From the NCBI GenBank assembly GCA_043822065.1, contig JBDRCC010000001.1:12215-44214 (forward strand): 32,000 nucleotides of DNA. The letters run 5' to 3'. Below are positions 24,227 through 30,918 of the stretch, in pieces (within the stretch, counting starts at the first letter, position 1; the number at the start of each line of letters is the position of its first letter). The notes under the pieces were generated by a model that was given only the letters and a program-made list of their open reading frames with translations, searched no databases and was not told the origin of the DNA. The DNA is from an archaeon (GTDB lineage: Archaea; Undinarchaeota; CAZHTU01; JBDRCC01). The translations under genes and the position numbers were made by a program.

Positions 24227-25141
24227 ATGGTGCGGCATTTACTTTCTATAAACGACATGACCAAAGAGAGGGTAGAGAAGATACTCGACAAAGCCTCCGA
24301 GCTTAAGGCTGGACGGAAGAGACTTGCAGGCAGGGACGCGCTGCCCGGGAAAAACCTGGCGATGATTTTCGAGCGGGCTTCGACCAGGACGAGAATAAGC
24401 TTTGACCTGGCGATAACCGAGCTCGGCGGGCATGCGATGGAATTGAGCCCGAGCACCCTGGCGATGAGCAAGGGGGAGAGCCTCGAGGACACTGCGCATG
24501 TCATGGAGCGGTTCTACGACGCGATAATGATACGGACCTACAGCCACGAGACGCTGAAGAGGTGGGCGTCGGTCGCAAAAATCCCGATAATAAACGGGCT
24601 TGACGACGTCGAGCACCCATGCCAGGCGATATGCGACATGCTCACCGTAAGGGAGCACTTTGGCAAGCTGAAGGGGCTGAACTTCGTCTTCGTTGGGGAC
24701 TGCGACCAGAACATGGCAACTTCTCTGGCGCTCATTTGCGGCATGATGGGCCTGAACTTCACCGCCGCATGCCCGAAGGAATACCAGACCAAGGGCTGGG
24801 TCCAGAAGCAGATAAAGGGCAAGATAAACTTCAGAATCGAGCACGACCTCAAGAAGGCGGCAAAGGATGCAGATGTGATATACACTGACATCTGGGTGAA
24901 CCCAGGCTTCGAGAAGGAGAAGGAAGCGAGGCTGAAAATCCTGAGACCGTACCAGGTGAACGAGGAAGTGGCGAAAAGCGCTCCGGACGACTACGTTTTC
25001 ATGCACTGCCTGCCAGCCAACAGGGGGCAGGAGGTCACGGACGAGGTAATCGACAGCAAGAACTCGATAGTCTTCGAGCAGGCTGAAAACAGATTGCACG
25101 GGCAGAAGGGCATATTGATTGATTTGATTACGGGGCTATAG
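24227..25141 (+). CDS. argF: ornithine carbamoyltransferase
   Basis: STRTRISF (carbamoyl-phosphate binding), HPCQ and HCLPA motifs. 304 aa. Confidence 0.93.
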   Translation: MVRHLLSINDMTKERVEKILDKASELKAGRKRLAGRDALPGKNLAMIFERASTRTRISFDLAITELGGHAMELSPSTLAMSKGESLEDTAHVMERFYDAIMIRTYSHETLKRWASVAKIPIINGLDDVEHPCQAICDMLTVREHFGKLKGLNFVFVGDCDQNMATSLALICGMMGLNFTAACPKEYQTKGWVQKQIKGKINFRIEHDLKKAAKDADVIYTDIWVNPGFEKEKEARLKILRPYQVNEEVAKSAPDDYVFMHCLPANRGQEVTDEVIDSKNSIVFEQAENRLHGQKGILIDLITGL

Positions 25142-25148
25142 AGAAAAG

Positions 25149-25156
25149 TTTTAAAC
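25149..25156 (+). promoter_or_regulatory. TATA-like box (TTTTAAAC) upstream of tRNA-Arg(UCU)
   Basis: The TTTAA core lies 31 nt upstream of the tRNA 5' end. The identical octamer also occurs at 15-22 and 116-123. Confidence 0.5.
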
Positions 25157-25180
25157 TGCAGAATTGATTAGTCGGTTTAG

Positions 25181-25290
25181 GCTCCGGTAGCCTAGTTTGG
25201 ATAAGGCGTCAACGGAAATTGGAAAAACCCAAATCCGGCGCAAGCCTTCTAAGCTGAAGACCGCGGGTTCAAATCCCGCCCGGAGCGCCA
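25181..25290 (+). tRNA. tRNA-Arg (anticodon TCT) with a 32-nt intron at non-canonical position 29/30 and encoded CCA
   Basis: Acceptor GCTCCGG/CCGGAGC. D-arm GCCT-AGTTTGGATA-AGGC. After removal of 25212-25243 the anticodon stem is TCA|GC/GCTGA with loop CTTCTAA. T-arm GCGGG-TTCAAAT-CCCGC. Discriminator G, then CCA at 25288-25290. Confidence 0.85.
25212..25243 (+). other. tRNA intron (bulge-helix-bulge substrate), position 29/30
   Basis: Central 4-bp helix 25206-25209 (GCGT) with 25238-25241 (GCGC). 3-nt bulges CAA (25210-25212) and AAG (25242-25244). Inner helix CGGA (25213-25216) with TCCG (25234-25237). Cutting after the 2nd bulge nucleotide on each strand gives exactly the exon junction needed for a perfect anticodon stem. 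Confidence 0.8.
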
Positions 25291-25392
25291 CTTTATAGTT
25301 CTGAGCGGAGCGAAGACTAAGGTAGTTTTCTTTTTCGTCGACGTTTTTCTTTTTCTAAAAGAAAAAGGCCGTGAGAATCCCACCCGGAGCGC
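25272..25392 (+). repeat. 17-nt direct repeat (16/17) of the tRNA-Arg(UCU) 3' end (25272-25288 and 25376-25392) bracketing an 87-bp cassette
   Basis: AATCCCGCCCGGAGCGC versus AATCCCACCCGGAGCGC. Copy 1 is followed by CA (making CCA). Copy 2 is followed by TTATTTT. Confidence 0.9.
25344..25366. terminator. palindromic T-rich hairpin, candidate bidirectional terminator (tRNA-Arg versus membrane protein gene)
   Basis: TTTTTCTTTT-tct-AAAAGAAAAA forms a 10-bp stem. It contains the 19-nt core TTTCTTTTTCTAAAAGAAA, identical to 16471-16489. Confidence 0.6.
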
Positions 25393-25397
25393 TTATT

Positions 25398-26078
25398 TTA
25401 TTCAGAGGCGCCGAATGTGTTTTGAGTATTTTTTGCTGGCGGCTTTTTTTCAGTAGGTGCAGGCTTTGCCTTTTCAGGCTCCTCCTCGTCCATGCCGCCG
25501 AAGCTACCAAAGTCATCTTTTTCCACTGCCCCTGGCAACGGCTCCTCAGTTTTTGGAGCCGGGAGAACCTTGGTCACTATGAACTCCACGCCGAAATAGA
25601 AAATGACGAAGAAAAGCAGGATGCCGACAAGGGTCGGTATCGTGTCTACCGGGCGGATGAGGTAGGGTGAGTAAATGAACGGGGTGAACACTATCAGGAA
25701 GTAGGACACCTCGCGTATTCGCCCTATCGCCTTCGCGACCTCACGCCCCTGGATTGCCATACGCATTATGATTAGCCCGTAGATGAGCATTGCAACTGCA
25801 ACGCCGACCTTGAACGCGACGAGGGGAGTTATCCTGGCGATGTTGAGCCGCGAGAACATTGTCCTAATCCAGTCAATCCCTACCCACAGGGCAGTAAGCC
25901 CGTTTGCGGCGGCGTTGCCCAAGTCGGTCCCCCTCCGCTCCTGGTAGTAGTCGTTGACAATCCAGTTTAGGTATACTGGGATAAGTATCCAAAGCATCTC
26001 CGGGTTGTCGTATGGGCCGTAAACAAAGACCTTCCAAAGCCCCTGGGGGATGAGAATGAGGAACTCTACAAATTCCAT
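25398..26078 (-). CDS. hypothetical integral membrane protein with charged, low-complexity C-terminal tail
   Basis: 226 aa. Several hydrophobic segments and a C-terminus rich in E/K/P (DEEEPEKAKPAPTEKKPPAK). No family recognised. Confidence 0.6.
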   Translation of the reverse strand: MEFVEFLILIPQGLWKVFVYGPYDNPEMLWILIPVYLNWIVNDYYQERRGTDLGNAAANGLTALWVGIDWIRTMFSRLNIARITPLVAFKVGVAVAMLIYGLIIMRMAIQGREVAKAIGRIREVSYFLIVFTPFIYSPYLIRPVDTIPTLVGILLFFVIFYFGVEFIVTKVLPAPKTEEPLPGAVEKDDFGSFGGMDEEEPEKAKPAPTEKKPPAKNTQNTFGASE

Positions 26079-26123
26079 CGTGCAGGTAACCGTTTTATAC
26101 TTAATATTCTTTTCTACCTATAC

Positions 26124-26714
26124 ATGAACTTCATTAAGGCAAGCCTCTCAAAGATGAGGCGGTACAGGAAGATTTCAGCAGTTGACGAGATATCCAGGCG
26201 CTACTTTGTTATGAACGGCTTCGACGGCGCCCTCGTGACGCTTGGCGTGATAATGGGCTCGTATTTCTCCGGTGTCCATGACGCGTATCTCATAATCGGC
26301 GCAGTTTTGGGCGGGGCGCTTGCGATGGCGCTCTCTGGGGCATCCGGTGCGTTCTTCACGGAAAGGGCGGAGCGGAGGTTCAAGCTCAGGAGGATTGAGC
26401 GCGCGATGCTCACGAAGCTCAAGGACACCCAGCACGGCAGGGCATCGGTTTTTGCGTACTACTGGACTGCATTCATAAACAGTTCATCGTCGGCAGCGGC
26501 TTCAGTCATCATACTTATACCAATCATGCTGAACGCAGCGGGCTTAGTCCAGATTTCTACGGCAGTGTACGGCTCCATTGGAATTGCATTTGCAATGATT
26601 TTCGCACTTGGCGTCTACCTTGCCAAGCTATCGAAGGATAATGCAGTCGCACAGGGGCTTAAGATGGTGTTTGTCGGGCTAATCTGCGCGGGGATTATTC
26701 TTCTTTTTGCCTGA
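26124..26714 (+). CDS. VIT1/CCC1-like (DUF125) membrane protein, putative iron/manganese transporter family
   Basis: 196 aa. RRYFVMNGFDGALVTLGVIMG resembles the conserved GxxDG segment of VIT-family proteins, followed by several TM helices. Confidence 0.55.
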   Translation: MNFIKASLSKMRRYRKISAVDEISRRYFVMNGFDGALVTLGVIMGSYFSGVHDAYLIIGAVLGGALAMALSGASGAFFTERAERRFKLRRIERAMLTKLKDTQHGRASVFAYYWTAFINSSSSAAASVIILIPIMLNAAGLVQISTAVYGSIGIAFAMIFALGVYLAKLSKDNAVAQGLKMVFVGLICAGIILLFA

Positions 26715-26979
26715 GAATGCTGTTGTTGAGGCCGATTTCGTACCAGGACCATGCCCAGATTATCGCCTCGAATGAGTTTACGTAATCGCCCTTTTCCATG
26801 AAGTGCTTGCAGTCGTGGACGTAGGCTAATATGTTTGCCATGAATTCGCCGCCCTTCTCCCCCATCGGCTCGATGCCGGGAAGCAGGGGCTCGAGCTTGT
26901 CAAGCCATTTGAGTATCTCTTCCTTGGTGACCCTGTCCTTTATCTTTGCCCCGGTTTCGCTTTTAAATCCAGCGCCCAT
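26695..26979 (-). CDS. DUF357-family small protein
   Basis: ANILAYVHDCKHFMEKGDYVNSFEAIIWAWSWYEIGL matches the pattern I recall for archaeal DUF357. The start is ambiguous: the ATG at 26979 leaves 10 bp to cca, and the ATG at 27024 would overlap cca by 35 nt. The 3' end overlaps the VIT-like gene by 20 nt. Confidence 0.6.
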   Translation of the reverse strand: MGAGFKSETGAKIKDRVTKEEILKWLDKLEPLLPGIEPMGEKGGEFMANILAYVHDCKHFMEKGDYVNSFEAIIWAWSWYEIGLNNSILRQKEE

Positions 26980-26989
26980 ATAGGGTAGT

Positions 26990-28282
26990 ATGAAAGAAGT
27001 CTTAGATAAGATTACCCCTTCCAAAGAGGAGCGGGAGAGGGTCCACAGGCTTGCGCAGGAGATGGTCGCGGAGATACGGAAGCTTGGCTACCATGCAGAG
27101 GTGATGGGCTCAATCGCGAAGGAGACCTGGGTCTCAGGCGAGGCTGACATCGACATATTTGTTTTCTTCAGCCAGAAGACGACAAAGCAGGAGCTAGAAA
27201 GGAAAGGCCTGGAGCTCGGGAAGAAAATATTCAAGAAGCTCGGGGGGAGCTTTGAGATTGGGTTTGCCGAGCACCCTTACGTCAAGGGCGAGATAAGGGG
27301 AATAGGCGCGGACATTGTACCTTGCTACAAGCTCAAGAAGGTCGAGATAAAGAGCGCGGTGGACCGGACGCCGTTCCACACGCATTACGTCAACAAAAGG
27401 CTGAAGAAGCCCCAGAGGAAAGAAGTCCTCCTGCTCAAGCAGTTCTGCCGCGGGCAGGAGATATACGGCTCCGAGCTGAAGACGGAGGGGCTTTCCGGCT
27501 ACCTCTGCGAGATTCTCATACTCAGGTACGGGACGTTCTCAGACTGCATCGACGCGATTTCGAAGTGGAAGGAGGGCAAGATAATAGACATTGAGGAGCA
27601 TTACCTCAAGGACGAAGCCGAAAAGCTCAGGCAGCAGTTCAGGGCCCCGCTGATAGCCATAGACCCTGTCGACCTGAACAGGAACGTTGCCGCGGTGCTA
27701 AGCAGGAAGAACCTGCTCAAACTGATAAAAGCTGCAAAGGGGTACAGGCAGAAGCCGTCTGAAAAGTTCTTTTTCCAGGGAAGGGTTGAGCCCATGAGCC
27801 CAAGGAGAATAAAGGGCTGCATGTTTGTCGTCTTCCCGCGGGAAAAGGTGCTTGACGACATAATCTACCCGCAGATGAGGTCGACTGCCAAGAAGATATC
27901 CACCGCGCTCATGATTAACGGGTTTGAGGTGCTGAAGGAGGGCGCCTGGGCGAACGGGAGCTGCGTCCTTGTGTTCAGGCTCAAGTCTGCAAGGATTCCA
28001 AAGAAGTACAAGCACTACGGCCCCCCGCTTGAGATGAAGGAGCACACCGCAAGGTTCCGGAAGAAGTACAAGTCTGTGAAAAAGGAAGGAAAGCGGCTTG
28101 TCGTCCTGAGGGAAAGGAAGTACCAGGAGGCTGACGCCTTCCTTAAGGCTTACCTGAGGAAGGAAAAAGGCATCGCAAGCCACCTTGACGCAAAAAAGGC
28201 GAAGATGGTAACGGATGCCAAAAGCATTTTCAGGGAGGATTTCGGCCAGTGGCTCACAAAGTGGTACAATGAAAAAGACTAA
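26990..28282 (+). CDS. cca: CCA-adding enzyme (archaeal class I tRNA nucleotidyltransferase)
   Basis: 430 aa. GSIAKETWVSGEADIDIFVFF nucleotidyltransferase motif, and an N-terminus and length typical of archaeal Cca. Confidence 0.92.
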   Translation: MKEVLDKITPSKEERERVHRLAQEMVAEIRKLGYHAEVMGSIAKETWVSGEADIDIFVFFSQKTTKQELERKGLELGKKIFKKLGGSFEIGFAEHPYVKGEIRGIGADIVPCYKLKKVEIKSAVDRTPFHTHYVNKRLKKPQRKEVLLLKQFCRGQEIYGSELKTEGLSGYLCEILILRYGTFSDCIDAISKWKEGKIIDIEEHYLKDEAEKLRQQFRAPLIAIDPVDLNRNVAAVLSRKNLLKLIKAAKGYRQKPSEKFFFQGRVEPMSPRRIKGCMFVVFPREKVLDDIIYPQMRSTAKKISTALMINGFEVLKEGAWANGSCVLVFRLKSARIPKKYKHYGPPLEMKEHTARFRKKYKSVKKEGKRLVVLRERKYQEADAFLKAYLRKEKGIASHLDAKKAKMVTDAKSIFREDFGQWLTKWYNEKD

Positions 28283-28286
28283 TAAA

Positions 28287-28742
28287 ATGAAGCTTGCTGG
28301 CAAATGCCCGGTCTGCGGAAGCGACCTTGAGTACAGCTGGAGCGAAGAGAACATACCCTACTTTGGAAACATACTCATAACCCTGCTCAAGTGCAAGTGC
28401 GGGTACAAGTCGTCGGACGCCATCTCAACTGATGAAAAGGCGCCCTACCACGGAGAGCTGAAGGTCTCGAAAAAGACACTGAACACTAGGATAGTGAAAT
28501 CGAGCACGGGAAACGTCAGAATCCCTGAGCTCGGGGTGGACATCAGCTCAGGCCCCGCATCTGAAGGATACGTCAGCAATGCGGAGGGTGTGTTGAACAG
28601 GATAGAAGAGGCGATAGGGAGCAGGAGGGGCGGGGCGAAAGTGAAGAAGATGATGGCTGACGTAAGGGCTGGAAAAAAGACAGTTACCCTGATAATCGAC
28701 GATCCCAAGGGGAACTCTTTCATCGTGAAGGCTGAGAGATAA
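28287..28742 (+). CDS. ZPR1-type C4 zinc-finger protein
   Basis: CPVCGSDLEY...IPYFGNILITLLKCKCGYKS zinc ribbon followed by a ZPR1-like beta domain. The ATG at 28287 is 4 nt after the cca stop. Alternative ATG at 28269. Confidence 0.7.
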   Translation: MKLAGKCPVCGSDLEYSWSEENIPYFGNILITLLKCKCGYKSSDAISTDEKAPYHGELKVSKKTLNTRIVKSSTGNVRIPELGVDISSGPASEGYVSNAEGVLNRIEEAIGSRRGGAKVKKMMADVRAGKKTVTLIIDDPKGNSFIVKAER

Positions 28743-28995
28743 TTCGTTCAATTTCTGCCTTTTTCGACATATTGAGGTAGTAGGCGTCGCCGTGACGGGT
28801 TTTTCCATAACAGCAGACAAGACGCTGCTGCATCAGGTCGTGAAGGACGTACTTTACATAGCCCCTCAGGTGCGCATCAATGCCGGATTGGAGCCGTTCG
28901 AATAATAGATGACCTTTCCCCCATGCCGTTTCGCGGTAAAGCCTCCTAAGGACCGCCTTCCGGATTTCATTGTAATTCTCTGGCGAGATTCCCAT
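28720..28995 (-). CDS. hypothetical small protein (91 aa), possible winged-helix fold
   Basis: ORF with ATG at 28995 and a TTTAAATA box (minus strand) about 30 nt upstream. YVKYVLHDLMQQRLVCCYGKTRHGDAYYLN looks like a recognition helix plus wing. No family recognised. Confidence 0.5.
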   Translation of the reverse strand: MGISPENYNEIRKAVLRRLYRETAWGKGHLLFERLQSGIDAHLRGYVKYVLHDLMQQRLVCCYGKTRHGDAYYLNMSKKAEIERIISQPSR

Positions 28996-29109
28996 AAAAT
29001 CACTGGCGGGTTTGTTTGTATTTAAAGTTTCCTGAAGAGACTTTCTAAAAATAGCCGCTACGGGCTAAAAATAGAAAAGCTTATAAATTCTGAAACCTAA
29101 GTATGAAGC

Positions 29110-29454
29110 ATGAGTGAAGTGCCCGAATCAATATTCATAGAAACCTTCGGCAATTCGCCGATGAACAGGGTGCTTGATTTTTTAGTCACCTATGAGGGGT
29201 TTGACTACTCCATGACGCAGATTGCCGAGTATTCTGAAATCGGATACGCCACCTTAAAACTGTTCTGGAAGAACCTCGAAGAGAACGGAATAGTGAAGAT
29301 GACGAGGAAGGTCGGGAACGCAAAGATGTACAAACTGAACCTTGATAGTCCCGTCGTCCAGAAGTTCTGGGATTTCTACTGGGCAGTCGCCAAAATCAAG
29401 ACTGATGATTACTTCAGGAAAGAGGGGCTCCTCCAAGCCGCCAAAAAGGTTTAA
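29110..29454 (+). CDS. winged helix-turn-helix transcriptional regulator (small archaeal wHTH family)
   Basis: 114 aa. FGNSPMNRVLDFLVTYEGFDYSMTQIAEYSEIGYATLKLFWKNLEENGIVKMTRKVGNAKMYKLN is a typical wHTH layout. A TTATAAAT box lies about 25 nt upstream of the ATG. Confidence 0.7.
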   Translation: MSEVPESIFIETFGNSPMNRVLDFLVTYEGFDYSMTQIAEYSEIGYATLKLFWKNLEENGIVKMTRKVGNAKMYKLNLDSPVVQKFWDFYWAVAKIKTDDYFRKEGLLQAAKKV

Positions 29455-29477
29455 ATCCCACGAGGGTTAGTTTTCTT

Positions 29478-30740
29478 ATGAAGTCCTCAAAAATATCCGG
29501 GTTCTACAAGCTCCCAATAGGGGAGCGGCTGAGGATTGTAAAGGAGTTTGCCGGGCTGTCTGACGAGGAGGCCGGGCTGCTGGCGAAGGCGTCGGCGCTT
29601 CCCTTTGAGACTGCGGACAGGATGGTGGAGAATGCGCTTGGCTCATTCCCGCTGCCGCTCGGGGTTGCAGTGAATTTTACAGTAAACGGCAGGGACTACC
29701 TTATCCCAATGGCGACTGAAGAGCCGTCCGTGATTGCAGCCGCGTCGAATGCTGCAAAGATTGCCAGTGCAAATGGCGGGTTCAAGGCGAAGGCTGACGC
29801 GCCCGTGATGATAGGGCAGGTCCAGGTCACCGGGCTGAAGAGCCTTGCCGCTGCGAAGCGGAAGATACTCGCATCCAAAACGGAAATAATCAAAGCCTGC
29901 AACGAGAAGGACCCGATGCTCGTCAAGTTCGGCGGCGGGTGCAAGGGCGTAGAGGTCAGGATGTTTGAAAAGGAGAAGATGCTCGTTGTCCACCTGCTTG
30001 TGGACTGCAGGGACGCGATGGGCGCGAACGCGGTAAACACGATGGCAGAAGCGGTTTCGCCGCTGATTGAGAAATTGTCCGGCGGGAGAGTCTACCTCCG
30101 GATACTGTCGAATTATGCTGACAAAAGGCTTGTCCGCGCAGAAGCAGTCTTCGGCAAGGAGGCGCTCGGCGGAAAGGACTCTGTCGACGGGATAATCTGG
30201 GCGTACAAGTTTGCAAAGGCAGACCCCTACCGGGCGGCGACGCACAACAAGGGGATAATGAACGGCATTTCGGCAGCCATAATCGCAACCGGGAACGACT
30301 TCAGGGCAATCGAAGCCGGGGCGCACGCCTTTGCCTCAAAGAGCGGGAAGTACATGCCGCTGACAAGGTATGAAAAGACAAAAAGCGGGGACCTTAAGGG
30401 GTATATCGAAATACCGATGGCGGTCGGAACAGTGGGCGGGGCGACGAAGGTCCACCCTGTCGCGAAGGTCAACATGAAGATTCTTGGGGTTAAGTCCGCC
30501 ACCGAGCTGGCAGAGGTCATTGCATCGCTTGGGCTTGCACAGAACCTGGCCGCGCTCAGGGCGCTGGCGAACGAGGGCATCCAGCGGGGGCACATGGGCC
30601 TGCACGCGAGGAATGTCGCCGCCACGGCCGGCGCGAAGGGGAAGGACATAGACAGGATTGCAGAGCTGATGATTAAGGAGAAAAATATCAGCATAGAGCG
30701 GGCAACGAAACTGCTTGAGAGTTCTAGTCGACTGCAATGA
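29478..30740 (+). CDS. hmgA: HMG-CoA reductase, class II (bacterial/Archaeoglobus/Thermoplasma-like) type
   Basis: 420 aa with no membrane domain. ENALGSFPLPLGVAVNFTVNG, EEPSVIAAASNAAK, DAMGANAVN and GTVGGATKVHP motifs. Confidence 0.9.
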   Translation: MKSSKISGFYKLPIGERLRIVKEFAGLSDEEAGLLAKASALPFETADRMVENALGSFPLPLGVAVNFTVNGRDYLIPMATEEPSVIAAASNAAKIASANGGFKAKADAPVMIGQVQVTGLKSLAAAKRKILASKTEIIKACNEKDPMLVKFGGGCKGVEVRMFEKEKMLVVHLLVDCRDAMGANAVNTMAEAVSPLIEKLSGGRVYLRILSNYADKRLVRAEAVFGKEALGGKDSVDGIIWAYKFAKADPYRAATHNKGIMNGISAAIIATGNDFRAIEAGAHAFASKSGKYMPLTRYEKTKSGDLKGYIEIPMAVGTVGGATKVHPVAKVNMKILGVKSATELAEVIASLGLAQNLAALRALANEGIQRGHMGLHARNVAATAGAKGKDIDRIAELMIKEKNISIERATKLLESSSRLQ

Positions 30741-30755
30741 GAGGATTTTTCTGAC

Positions 30756-30893
30756 AATTAGTATACTAAACATATCACACGTTTTTTTATAGTAATACAT
30801 CCTAAATAAACGCTACACTCTAAAAAAATAGATATTTTGTATACTATCGATATATGAAAAAATATATAAATTAGTATACTAAATTGTATACAA
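30756..30893. promoter_or_regulatory. AT-rich leader with four GTATAC-core palindromes upstream of the Fic gene
   Basis: AATTAGTATACTAAA at 30756-30770 and 30869-30883 (each containing the perfect 12-nt palindrome TTAGTATACTAA). TTGTATACAA at 30884-30893. GTATAC at 30839-30844. Confidence 0.55.
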
Positions 30894-30918
30894 AACAATT
30901 AATCTTATTAAAAAGACG

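Noticed and set aside
24188-24238. 17-aa N-terminal extension of carbamate kinase
   Set aside because: It would overlap the argF start and remove the divergent promoter. The canonical carbamate kinase N-terminus starts at the ATG at 24187.
25205-25243. Apparent duplication GGCGTCAA / GGCGCAA at the intron borders, read as a target-site duplication
   Set aside because: It is explained by the BHB requirement. GCGC is self-complementary, so the strand that pairs with exon GCGT necessarily resembles it.
28215-28286. Upstream extension of the ZPR1-like ORF overlapping the cca 3' end
   Set aside because: The zinc-ribbon domain starts right after the ATG at 28287, which lies 4 nt past the cca stop. 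The ATG at 28269 remains possible and is noted in the feature.
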